Source: Candidatus Aegiribacteria sp. (lineage in GTDB: Bacteria; Fermentibacterota; Fermentibacteria; Fermentibacterales; JCC-6). Taken from it: 49,086 bases of DNA. This document shows positions 18,639 through 27,793 of this stretch, in pieces. Both the position numbers and the translations under genes were made by a program. The stretch is from positions 1 to 49,086 of the forward strand of contig DAOWFD010000382.1 of assembly GCA_030638185.1 (NCBI GenBank). Direction: 5' to 3'. Under the pieces are notes generated by a model. The model searched no databases. It saw only the letters and a list, made by a program, of their open reading frames with translations, and was not told the origin of the DNA. Numbering within the stretch: position 1 is the first letter of the stretch; the number at the start of each line of letters is the position of its first letter.

Positions 18639-19731
18639 TATTTTGACGAATAAGAGGGAATTCCATTTGAGAATTCTGACTGCATCGATACTGCTTCTCT
18701 CCGTTTCCTTCGTGATATCCTGCGGAGGAGAACCGGAAGAGGGAGAAATAGTGATTCGGGCGGAGGACATCGTTCCAGACGATTCTCTGCTGACCGCTGA
18801 TACCCTTTTGCTTGAAGATACCGTAGTATCTTCTTGTCTCGATACGCTGTCGAAACCTGATTCGGTGGCAACTCTGATTCCGGACGTTCCTGCTTCGGAC
18901 AGTATCCTGGCGATCGAGCCTGATCCGGCTGAATGTCCCTGGGAAAGAATCGCTCTGCAGATCAACGGTTCCATATATGCAAGCCTGGTTGATAGAGTTC
19001 CAGAACCGGATGTTCTGGGAGCACATATAGTCAGGTGTATGTGGTGGGATTCCGATCCCTGGAACGGAATGAATGCCGGAGATTCGCTCTACGTTCTTTT
19101 AGGGGAGACAGGACGGGAGAACCAGGTTATTGCTCTGAGATATGTACCAAGTGAAGGAACTTCGAACAGCTCCTTTTCGGTTTACAGTTTCAGAATGACC
19201 GGAGATAATTACCCTTCTCACTACTACTCCGATGGAACGGAAGTGATGAAAATGCTTAACTACATGCCAATAACAATCTTCGAAGAAATGACAGGGCCAT
19301 ACGGCGAACCCAGGGATAACCATTATCATTCCGGTGTTGATTACAAAGCTCCCGAAGGAACTCCCGTCCGTACCTGTAGAGGTGGTTCGGTAACCAGGCT
19401 GAACTGGAATCTTGATTATAACGGTAACTGTATTGAGATTGGAATCGGCGGTGGATACAGCGAAATATTCCTCCATCTGCAGGGAGTCGCTGAGGGAATC
19501 CGCGAGGGATCGATACTGGAAAAAGGCGACATAATCGGATATGTTGGCAGCACCGGGGTTACATCAACAGCGCCGCACATTCATTATCAGATAAATGATG
19601 AAAACGGAAACCCTATCGACCCCTACCTGTTCTACAGTTCTCACAGGCGACATCTGGCCCCGGAGGATATGGTTGAATTCAGTGCCTTCAGGGACCGTTG
19701 CGATCTATGGCTGAAAATGATCCCCGAATAA
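18628..19731 (+). CDS. M23 family metallopeptidase, probable lipoprotein (start uncertain)
   Basis: HSGVD (HxxxD), FLHL and PHIHYQ (HxH) motifs; VISC lipobox. Confidence 0.9.
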   Translation: MDVNILTNKREFHLRILTASILLLSVSFVISCGGEPEEGEIVIRAEDIVPDDSLLTADTLLLEDTVVSSCLDTLSKPDSVATLIPDVPASDSILAIEPDPAECPWERIALQINGSIYASLVDRVPEPDVLGAHIVRCMWWDSDPWNGMNAGDSLYVLLGETGRENQVIALRYVPSEGTSNSSFSVYSFRMTGDNYPSHYYSDGTEVMKMLNYMPITIFEEMTGPYGEPRDNHYHSGVDYKAPEGTPVRTCRGGSVTRLNWNLDYNGNCIEIGIGGGYSEIFLHLQGVAEGIREGSILEKGDIIGYVGSTGVTSTAPHIHYQINDENGNPIDPYLFYSSHRRHLAPEDMVEFSAFRDRCDLWLKMIPE

Positions 19732-19880
19732 TGAAGCGGAACGGTACATACAATCCGTTTGGAAGGTATTCCGGACTCCCTTATACTTCCTCATATACGG
19801 GCGAAAGTATATTATACCTGTTACACCAACTGGAAGCATAAGTTACCTGCCGGGCGGAAACTCCCGAATTCTGGAGAAAA

Positions 19881-21584
19881 ATGGCAACAATTCTTGGTAT
19901 TAACTGTTACAAACACGATGCGGCAGCTGTTCTCCTTCTTGACGGGGAGCTTGTGGCAGCGGCAGACGAGGAAAGATTCAGGAGGATCAAGCACTATCCG
20001 GGGTACCCTGAAAAGGCCGTTGAATACGTTATGAAGGAAGCTTCAATAAGACCTGAGCGTATCGATCATATAGCTTTCTACATGCTTCCCGGTCTTGTAA
20101 TGAGGGAAAATATCTCCTACAGCCGGCATTACCTCCTTAAAAAGGGAGGGATTTACTTTCTTCTCTCACAGTTGAACGGTGCCCGGAGGATGCGGAACAT
20201 AGGCGGAACTGTCCGTTCCCACCTCGGGGCAGGGCTTGCGGCACCTGTCAGTTTCGTAGAGCATCACATGGCACATGCTGATGCAGCTGTTTTCTTCTCG
20301 GGATTTGATAACACCGCCGTTTTGACTATGGATGGTGTAGGAGAGAGAAATACAAGCCTTCTGGCCAGTTACGGAAAAAACGAATTCAGGATCCACTCAT
20401 TATCAAGGTTCCCTAACTCCCCGGGGATCTATTACAGCGCTGTCACCAGGCACCTTGGATTCATTCCGGATAATGACGAATACAAGATAATGGGACTATC
20501 CGGCTACGGTGAACCGGAGTTTCTCGATATTTTCCGGAAAATCATCAGCAGCACCCATGGCAGAATAACGGTGAATACCCGGCTGCTTGATATTCACAGG
20601 GGAGTGCATGAATCGTACTTCTCACAGGAGGTACAGAAGGTAATAGGTTCCCCCCGGAAACCAGGATCTGATATTACCGATGTACATATGAATGTAGCCT
20701 GTTCCGCCCAGAGGGCTCTGGAGGAGACAGGGCTTTCATTGGCCCGTTACCTGAGGGATATCTCGGGAATGGACAGACTGGTGATTTCCGGAGGAGTCGG
20801 GCTTAACTGCGTAATGAACGGTCTTTTAGAAAGAGAAGCCGGTTACCTCGAAGTCTACCCCTTTCCGGCATCCCATGATGCGGGGACATCTGCAGGGGCA
20901 GCTTTGCAGGTTCACAGGAAATTCTACCCCGAAATCCCTTTTGTAAAGCCGGAGAGTATGTATCTGGGCCCTTCATATACGGAAGAGGAGATACTGAGTG
21001 TACTGAGGGTGGCCAGGCTGTCATGGGAAAGGCCGGATGACCTTGCGGATAAGACTGCTGAGCTGATAGAACATGGCAAGATCGTAGCGCTGTTTAACGG
21101 TAGAATGGAGTTCGGACCGAGGGCTCTTGGGAACAGGTCAATTCTTGCAGATCCAAGAAGGCATGACATGAAGGATATTGTGAACAGTATGGTTAAGCAC
21201 AGGGAACCCTTCAGACCCTTCTGCCCCAGTTGCCTTGAAGAACATTCCGGAGAGTATTTTGATGGCTGCGGGATTGCTCCTTACATGATTAAGACCTATC
21301 CCGTATTTCCTGAAAAGATGCGGGAAATTCCATCAGTCACCCATGTAGATGGAACAGCGAGAGTCCAGACTGTTTCCCGGGAAACTAATCCGTTCTATTA
21401 CGATGTAATAAACTCATTCTACAGGAGAACAAAAGTACCTGTGATTCTTAACACATCATTCAACATCAAAGGTGAGCCTATCGTCGCGACACCGGTTGAT
21501 GCTGTAAGATGTTTCTACGGGACAGGTATAGATGCCCTGGTCATGCCTCCGTTTCTTCTACTCAAGAAACCTTCGGAAGAGTGA
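19881..21584 (+). CDS. O-carbamoyltransferase (NodU/CmcH/TobZ family)
   Basis: HDAAA, EERFRRIKH, EHHMAH, GRMEFGPRALGNRS, HVDGTARVQ and NTSFN motifs. Confidence 0.95.
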   Translation: MATILGINCYKHDAAAVLLLDGELVAAADEERFRRIKHYPGYPEKAVEYVMKEASIRPERIDHIAFYMLPGLVMRENISYSRHYLLKKGGIYFLLSQLNGARRMRNIGGTVRSHLGAGLAAPVSFVEHHMAHADAAVFFSGFDNTAVLTMDGVGERNTSLLASYGKNEFRIHSLSRFPNSPGIYYSAVTRHLGFIPDNDEYKIMGLSGYGEPEFLDIFRKIISSTHGRITVNTRLLDIHRGVHESYFSQEVQKVIGSPRKPGSDITDVHMNVACSAQRALEETGLSLARYLRDISGMDRLVISGGVGLNCVMNGLLEREAGYLEVYPFPASHDAGTSAGAALQVHRKFYPEIPFVKPESMYLGPSYTEEEILSVLRVARLSWERPDDLADKTAELIEHGKIVALFNGRMEFGPRALGNRSILADPRRHDMKDIVNSMVKHREPFRPFCPSCLEEHSGEYFDGCGIAPYMIKTYPVFPEKMREIPSVTHVDGTARVQTVSRETNPFYYDVINSFYRRTKVPVILNTSFNIKGEPIVATPVDAVRCFYGTGIDALVMPPFLLLKKPSEE

Positions 21585-21619
21585 TGCTCTAAGCTCTTCA
21601 TGATAGAAAGGGAATAATA

Positions 21620-22969
21620 TTGATTACCGCTCTCGGAAGAGGCACTGTTCTTATTGCCGATGAGGATTCGGAAAGAGCTCAGAGTCTTAAGAACAGAGTG
21701 TCCTCCATGGGTTACAGCGCCAGTATCCAGTCAACTGCCAGGAAGACCCTGCGGAAGATAAGATCTCGGTCGGTGAATGCTGTCATTATTTCCGCCAGTA
21801 TAGGTGACATGCATATTTCCGGTTTTCTTGAAACCCTGCGCAAAGCGAACCTTGCAACAGGAATAGTCATCTATGGGAAGAACATAAGTGCCGAGGATGC
21901 CGTCAGCTGGATGAAATCCGGGGCAGTGGATATTATCCTTCACATCGAAGGCGAACAGACCCTGAAAGCGGCAATTCAAAGGGCGTTCTCATTTTCCATA
22001 AAATCCATCGAAAGCAGGGCATCTTCCGAATCAGCAGGGAGAGAAGACATTCCACCTCTTCTTTACAGAAGCCGCGTTATGGGTGATGTGGTAAGAAAAG
22101 CCACCAGGGTTGCTCCGGTGAAGGTTACTGTGCTTATAACCGGGGAGAGCGGAACGGGCAAGGATGTTCTTGCGAAACATATACACGCCCTCAGCGGGAG
22201 AACGGGAGATTTTGTTGCCCTCAACTGTTCCGCTATACCCGAGACTCTTCTTGAAGACGAACTCTTCGGGCATGAAAGGGGAGCCTATACCGGAGCGGAT
22301 AGATCAAGGGAAGGAAAGTTCGAGGCTGCCACCCGCGGTACTCTGCTTCTGGACGAAATAGGGGAGATTCCTCCGGATGTACAGGTAAAACTGCTCCGTA
22401 TCCTTGAAGAGAATGTCGTAACCAGGCTTGGAAGTAATCAGCCCAGACCGGTTGATGTAAGGCTTATAGCGGCAACCAACAGTGACCTTAAGGCGGCCGT
22501 CAGGAAGGGTACATTTCGGGGAGATCTCTATTATCGGTTAAAGGTGATAGAAATTCACCTTCCACCTCTTCGGTCCAGGAAAGGGGATATCCCCATGCTT
22601 GCCATGTCATTCCTGAGAGAGGCTGCGGAGAAGCATAACCTTCCTCTGCCGGAGATTACCTCAGAAGCACTTGAACGCCTTGCGGTATTCAGCTGGCCCG
22701 GCAACGTTCGCCAGTTGCGAAACCTTATGGAAAGTCTTCTGATTATATCCGGAAGTGTGATAGATACAGGAGATCTGCCTTCGGAGATAGCGGATCTGCC
22801 TTCCGGGGAGACGCTTGAGTTGCATACGGAGCTGCCGGTATCACTTGAAGAGCTGGAAAGACTGGCTATAAAAAAGACCCTTGAGATCACCGGGGGGAAC
22901 AGAACCAGGGCGGCGGAGCTTCTGGGTATAGGACGCAGAACTCTACAGCGTAAGCTCAAGGAGATGTAA
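21620..22969 (+). CDS. Sigma54-dependent Fis-family activator with atypical receiver domain
   Basis: GESGTGKD, GAYTGA, WPGNVRQL and HTH; receiver-like N-terminus lacks the canonical Asp and Lys. Confidence 0.9.
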   Translation: MITALGRGTVLIADEDSERAQSLKNRVSSMGYSASIQSTARKTLRKIRSRSVNAVIISASIGDMHISGFLETLRKANLATGIVIYGKNISAEDAVSWMKSGAVDIILHIEGEQTLKAAIQRAFSFSIKSIESRASSESAGREDIPPLLYRSRVMGDVVRKATRVAPVKVTVLITGESGTGKDVLAKHIHALSGRTGDFVALNCSAIPETLLEDELFGHERGAYTGADRSREGKFEAATRGTLLLDEIGEIPPDVQVKLLRILEENVVTRLGSNQPRPVDVRLIAATNSDLKAAVRKGTFRGDLYYRLKVIEIHLPPLRSRKGDIPMLAMSFLREAAEKHNLPLPEITSEALERLAVFSWPGNVRQLRNLMESLLIISGSVIDTGDLPSEIADLPSGETLELHTELPVSLEELERLAIKKTLEITGGNRTRAAELLGIGRRTLQRKLKEM

Positions 22970-23011
22970 CAGATCAGTCAATTGAACTGAAAATGCAATT
23001 TGGAGGTTTTA

Positions 23012-23974
23012 ATGAAAGTAATAAGAACCGGGACGCTGACTTCCCGTCACTACAAGTGGGGGGCACTCGTACTTGTTGTGTTTCTCTGGATCATTCTGGG
23101 CGGTCCCTTCTATATAGTCGGCCCCGAGGAGGAGGGTGTAGTACTCACTTTCGGCAGGTACACCGCTACTACTCCACCGGGGTTTCACTTCAAGTGGCCG
23201 TGGCCCGTACAGACGGTTTACAAGCCGCCTGTGAACATTGTTCAGAGGATAGAAATAGGCTTCAGAACCATTTCGAGTAATCCTCCGAGCTACATCAGCT
23301 TCACCAACGACAAGGACATGCTGGCTGAGGCGCAGATGCTCACCGGAGACGAGAATATCATCGACTGCGCGATAACAGTTCAGTTCAGAGTCGGCAGCGC
23401 TACGGATTACCTTTTCAATGTCCGTGACCCGGAGGGTACCCTCAGGGATATCGCCGAAGCCAGCGCACGGCTTGTTGTAGGAGACAATGCGATAGATGCC
23501 GTACTTACTACCGGAAAACTGGAAATCCAGAACCGAATAATGGATATGGTTCAGAAAATTTCGGATGAGTACAATATGGGGGTTAACATCATCGCCGTTC
23601 AACTGATGGATGTTCAGCCTCCGCTGCCGGTCTCGGCTGCTTTCAAAGACGTTGCCACCGCAAGGGAGGATATGCAGGCCTATATAAACGAGGCTGAAAG
23701 TTACAGGAATCAGCGGATTCCCCAGGCTCTGGCGGATTCTGTGTCAATGGTAAACGCCGCGATGGGTTACAGTGCAGGCAGAGTCAACAGCGCGATCGGA
23801 GAGGCATTCAGGTTCACCGCGGTCGCTGAGGAATACAGGAAAAGTCCTTACGTAACGGCGACAAGGCTTCATCTCGAAACCCTTACAGCCCTGCTAGATG
23901 CAGCAACGATAACCGTAGTTGATGAATCCGCAGGTGCGCTGACCCATTACAACCTTGTTGGAGGTGGCCAATGA
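23012..23974 (+). CDS. hflK: FtsH protease modulator HflK
   Basis: SPFH domain, MLTGDENII, DVQPP; GGAGG RBS before ATG at 23012. Confidence 0.93.
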   Translation: MKVIRTGTLTSRHYKWGALVLVVFLWIILGGPFYIVGPEEEGVVLTFGRYTATTPPGFHFKWPWPVQTVYKPPVNIVQRIEIGFRTISSNPPSYISFTNDKDMLAEAQMLTGDENIIDCAITVQFRVGSATDYLFNVRDPEGTLRDIAEASARLVVGDNAIDAVLTTGKLEIQNRIMDMVQKISDEYNMGVNIIAVQLMDVQPPLPVSAAFKDVATAREDMQAYINEAESYRNQRIPQALADSVSMVNAAMGYSAGRVNSAIGEAFRFTAVAEEYRKSPYVTATRLHLETLTALLDAATITVVDESAGALTHYNLVGGGQ

Positions 23975-25059
23975 GACGCCTGAAACACATGCTTTACGGC
24001 ATAGCGGCACTTTTCCTTCTTTTGGTTGTGCTTGGGGCTTTCTTCACCATAAATGAAATGGAACAGGCGGTAATACTCCAGCTGGGAAATCCCATCCGCG
24101 TGATAGTAGGCGATAGAACACCCGAGCAGATGGCTGATCTTCAGGCATGGATAGATGCCAATACTCCGGGTGTCGCGTTGAGCCAGGGAGCCGGGCTTTA
24201 CTTCAAGATTCCCTTCCTTCAGCAGGTGGAGATATTCGATGACAGAATTCTCGAATACGACGATCCCCCCGCTGATGTTGTCACAAGGGACAAGAAACAC
24301 ATACAGGTCGACTGTTACGCCAGATGGCGGATAGAGAATCCTCTTCTGTTCCTCAGGAGGGTAAGGACCGAGAACGGGGCGCTGTCCAGGCTGGATGATA
24401 TAATCTATTCTATGATCAGGCAGGAACTTGGAAACAGCAATCTCATCCAGATAGTCAGAAGTACAAACACCCCCATCGGTCTGGGAGATTACGTAAGGCT
24501 TGTCAGCAATGTCACCTATGCAGATACACTGGAGGACATTGAGATAGATGAACAGGGAGAGATCCGCGAAACGATAAAACTGATCAGAATGGTACCATCC
24601 CAGGGGAGAATAGCCATACTGGAGAGAGTAACGTCGACATGCAGACAGATGGCGGAAGACTACGGTATCTATATCGTGGATGTCCGCATCAAGCGGGCGG
24701 ACCTTCCGGAGGAGAACCAGGCTGCCGTCTTCACCAGGATGCAGGCGGAGAGGAACAGGATCTCCAACCGGTACAGGGCGGAGGGCAGAATGATGTCCGA
24801 AGTCATAGTAGCTAACACCGATCTGCAGGTTGATTCCATAACTGCCATGGCGAACATGTCCGCACTCACTATAAGGGGAATAGCTGACAGTACTGCCGCG
24901 GCAATTTATGCTGAATCATTCAACAGCTATCCCGATTTCTACAGTTTTATTAGATCCCTGGAGGCGCTTGAAACCGTCATGGGAGAGTCAAGCAATATAA
25001 TCGTAGGAACGGAAGGGATTTTCGAGTACATCGTTTCGGAACCTGGGAAGTTCTTGTAG
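23971..25059 (+). CDS. hflC: FtsH protease modulator HflC
   Basis: GLYFKIPF, TRDKK, DVRIKRADLP, RMQAER, FYSFIRSLE. Confidence 0.93.
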   Translation: MRRLKHMLYGIAALFLLLVVLGAFFTINEMEQAVILQLGNPIRVIVGDRTPEQMADLQAWIDANTPGVALSQGAGLYFKIPFLQQVEIFDDRILEYDDPPADVVTRDKKHIQVDCYARWRIENPLLFLRRVRTENGALSRLDDIIYSMIRQELGNSNLIQIVRSTNTPIGLGDYVRLVSNVTYADTLEDIEIDEQGEIRETIKLIRMVPSQGRIAILERVTSTCRQMAEDYGIYIVDVRIKRADLPEENQAAVFTRMQAERNRISNRYRAEGRMMSEVIVANTDLQVDSITAMANMSALTIRGIADSTAAAIYAESFNSYPDFYSFIRSLEALETVMGESSNIIVGTEGIFEYIVSEPGKFL

Positions 25060-25069
25060 GAGAGACGGA

Positions 25070-25480
25070 ATGAGTGACGTCTTTGATGATGACCGGTACT
25101 GTTTCGTTTGCGGGGAGAAAAATCCCTTCGGGCTTCAGCTTGAGCCGGTCGGGAAGGACGGAAAGGGAACCATTCTCTGGATCCCTGAAAAACGCCACCA
25201 GGGATATACCGGTGTCGTTCACGGAGGGCTGATATCGGCGCTGCTGGATGAGGCGATGGCCTATGCCGGCATGAGCGTGGCGGGATTCTGTGCCACTGCC
25301 GGCATTTCGATCAAGTTCATAAAACCTGTCCGCACCGGAGAAACGGTAAGGGTGGAAGCTGAACTGGTTGAACGGAGAGGACCGATTCTGAGGCTTTCAG
25401 CATCGGTATTTCAGGGCGAGGAAGAGAAAGCCCGGGCCACGGCAACCTTCGTAACCGTTCGCGGAGAAAAGACGACATAA
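25070..25480 (+). CDS. PaaI family (hotdog-fold) thioesterase
   Basis: CFVCGEKNPFGL, HQGYTGVVHGG, LLDEAM. Confidence 0.9.
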   Translation: MSDVFDDDRYCFVCGEKNPFGLQLEPVGKDGKGTILWIPEKRHQGYTGVVHGGLISALLDEAMAYAGMSVAGFCATAGISIKFIKPVRTGETVRVEAELVERRGPILRLSASVFQGEEEKARATATFVTVRGEKTT

Positions 25481-26272
25481 TTGAAGAAACCCCGGGTTCT
25501 TCTTACCGGAGCTTCAGGCAGGCTGGGTTCCGTCATCCTTGAAGACCTTTCGGATGTATGGGATATCATTCCTCTCTCCCGAAGGGGAGGCGGGGGAACT
25601 GTAAGATGCGATCTTCTCTCCAGGGAGGACAGAAAAACCCTTCTTGGAAGAGATTTCGATATGGTGGTGAACGCGGCTGCGGTATCCTCTCCTTCCCACT
25701 GTGCGAATAATCCGGCGGAAAGCTGGATTCTGAATACCCTATGGCCTCGCACACTGGCGGAATACTGCAGGAGAAATGCCGTACAACTGATTCACTTCTC
25801 AACGGATCTTGTATACAGCGGCGGAACCCCTCCCTACAGCGAAGCTTCTCCGGCGGTTCCAATGTCATTTTACGGATGGACAAAGCTTGTTGCGGACATA
25901 CTTGTACAGAAAGCTGATACAGATGCTCTGATTGTCAGAACATCGGTTCTCTGCGGAGAGACAGGATCTGAAAGGACCACATTCTCAGAGAATCTCCTCT
26001 CAGGAAGGGTTCAGAGAGTGTTTGTCGACAGCTGGAGGAATCACACCCCTATTCACTGGCTTGCCGGGATTCTGCCCAAGCTTACTAAGAAGGAGCAGTC
26101 CGGTCTTGTAATCGCCTCGGGCAAATACTCGCAGTCCCGTTCCGCCTACGCGGAAGCCCTGCTTAAGAAGCATGGACAGAATACGGATCATCTGGTTCAG
26201 GAATATGCACCTCCAGGTATACCCTCCAGACTCCATTTGAAGGGGAAGTACTATACTTCGTCGATCTATTGA
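25481..26272 (+). CDS. RmlD-like NAD(P)-dependent sugar-nucleotide reductase (extended SDR)
   Basis: TGASGRLG, VNAAA, HFSTDLVY, YGWTK (YxxxK). Confidence 0.8.
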   Translation: MKKPRVLLTGASGRLGSVILEDLSDVWDIIPLSRRGGGGTVRCDLLSREDRKTLLGRDFDMVVNAAAVSSPSHCANNPAESWILNTLWPRTLAEYCRRNAVQLIHFSTDLVYSGGTPPYSEASPAVPMSFYGWTKLVADILVQKADTDALIVRTSVLCGETGSERTTFSENLLSGRVQRVFVDSWRNHTPIHWLAGILPKLTKKEQSGLVIASGKYSQSRSAYAEALLKKHGQNTDHLVQEYAPPGIPSRLHLKGKYYTSSIY

Positions 26273-26307
26273 ACGATGGTAGAACAGAAAAGAGGGAGTA
26301 TACGGCT

Positions 26308-27192
26308 ATGAACAGTAAATCCGCAAAGAACAGACTGATAGAAAAAGGTATACGCGCCGGAGAAGTTGACATGTACGATGAAGATACGATCTGGTCGCAG
26401 AACAGCAGTGACAAGGTTGATATTGCAGAAGAGCTGATGCGTATAGTCAGGGAAATCTTCAGATCGGTTCCCCTTGACCGCAACCTAAAGGCTCTTTCAA
26501 TCGGCTCGGGTTCTGAGCCCCAGTTTCAGATTCTCGAGGCGTCGTTCAGGGAAGGATTGTTCCTTCTTGATATCGATAGAATTCCTCTGTCCGTAATTGA
26601 CAGACGGATAAAGAGCCACTGGATAGATCATGTATCGACCATTCAGGCGGATTACAATAAAACTCTTGTTTGCATTGAAGACGCACAGCGGTTTCTCAGG
26701 GAAGAATTGGGAGGCAGCAGGCAGGATCTTATCACACTGCATCATTCTCTTTACTACGCAAGCGAGTCTGATTGGGCCGAGCTGTTCAGCAGCCTCTACA
26801 GTACCATCCTGTCGTTCAAGGGATTCATCCATGCAGTTATGATGTCTTCAGACTGCAGGGAAAAGAATTCCACCACATGGCTTTACAATCACTTTGCCGG
26901 AAAATTCTTCGGATGCAGGAACGACCAGGATCTTGTCTTATTCAGCAAAACTCTCGGTAGAAGCTCAAGCTTTAGGAAAGCTGATATTCATGTTGAAACC
27001 CACAGGGTCAAATTCTTTAACGATGATTTCGAAAAATTCATGGCGGTGATATGGATGATACTTCTTTATCCGAACGTGCATGATTATACCCTTGATCAGA
27101 AGGAAGAGATAACCGAATACGTTTACGGCAACTTCTACAAAACCGGCAAACCGCTTATTCAGATGCAGGACCACCTTGTCATAGGTAAATGA
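26308..27192 (+). CDS. Putative class I SAM-dependent methyltransferase
   Basis: ALSIGSGS motif I, LLDID, DLITLHHSLYY; ATG at 26308 after GAGGGAG. Confidence 0.55.
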   Translation: MNSKSAKNRLIEKGIRAGEVDMYDEDTIWSQNSSDKVDIAEELMRIVREIFRSVPLDRNLKALSIGSGSEPQFQILEASFREGLFLLDIDRIPLSVIDRRIKSHWIDHVSTIQADYNKTLVCIEDAQRFLREELGGSRQDLITLHHSLYYASESDWAELFSSLYSTILSFKGFIHAVMMSSDCREKNSTTWLYNHFAGKFFGCRNDQDLVLFSKTLGRSSSFRKADIHVETHRVKFFNDDFEKFMAVIWMILLYPNVHDYTLDQKEEITEYVYGNFYKTGKPLIQMQDHLVIGK

Positions 27193-27236
27193 TATGCTTG
27201 GAACTGGTTCTATTCGGTGCTCTCTGGCAATATATA

Positions 27237-27353
27237 TAGGGATATCGTTTTCGCGCGCGGGTCGATCCGCACGCTACCCCGAAAGTCAAGCGATCTCAAC
27301 TTGCTTCGCGAGTCGAAAATCATGCTAAGGCGTCTATGGAATAGATCTCCCTA
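27237..27353. repeat. Structured palindromic element with imperfect terminal inverted repeats (MITE/REP-like)
   Basis: TAGGGATATC...GATCTCCCTA (9/10 inverted match); internal TTTTCG/CGAAAA arms and GCGCGCGG-GTCGAT-CCGCACGC hairpin. Confidence 0.35.
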
Positions 27354-27707
27354 GGGTTGGTACAGAACACGAAGAACTCCTACATCAACCAAGTGCTCCT
27401 CCCGAAAAAGCTCCATCTCCGTCGGCACGATCACGGTGTAATCCTCAAGTTTGAGTTGCAGAAACGTCTCCTGGAAGTTACCGTTCGCATCTACCACGAT
27501 GCAGGAAGTCATATCGTCTGATTCGGGAAGATGCTCAGGGGTGCCCTCGGCAGAAATAGGCATCCCGTATGAGAGAATAACACGTTCTCCAGCCAGGTCT
27601 ATCACTCCGACGACTGTTAGCGGCGTGGTGGTATCGGACAGCTCACCGGTACAACCGGCCAGCAAGATAAGAACTGCGACGATTGAGATGGTTCTGATAG
27701 TTTTCAT
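27351..27707 (-). CDS. Hypothetical lipoprotein
   Basis: AGGAG RBS, ATG at 27707, LLAGC lipobox. Confidence 0.65.
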   Translation of the reverse strand: MKTIRTISIVAVLILLAGCTGELSDTTTPLTVVGVIDLAGERVILSYGMPISAEGTPEHLPESDDMTSCIVVDANGNFQETFLQLKLEDYTVIVPTEMELFREEHLVDVGVLRVLYQP

Positions 27708-27793
27708 CTCCTGACCCAACGATGATTATGTAGGGTCTACATTTCTTTTCAAATATTCTCTCACTTAACTCTATTAATACAGGTAATATGCTG

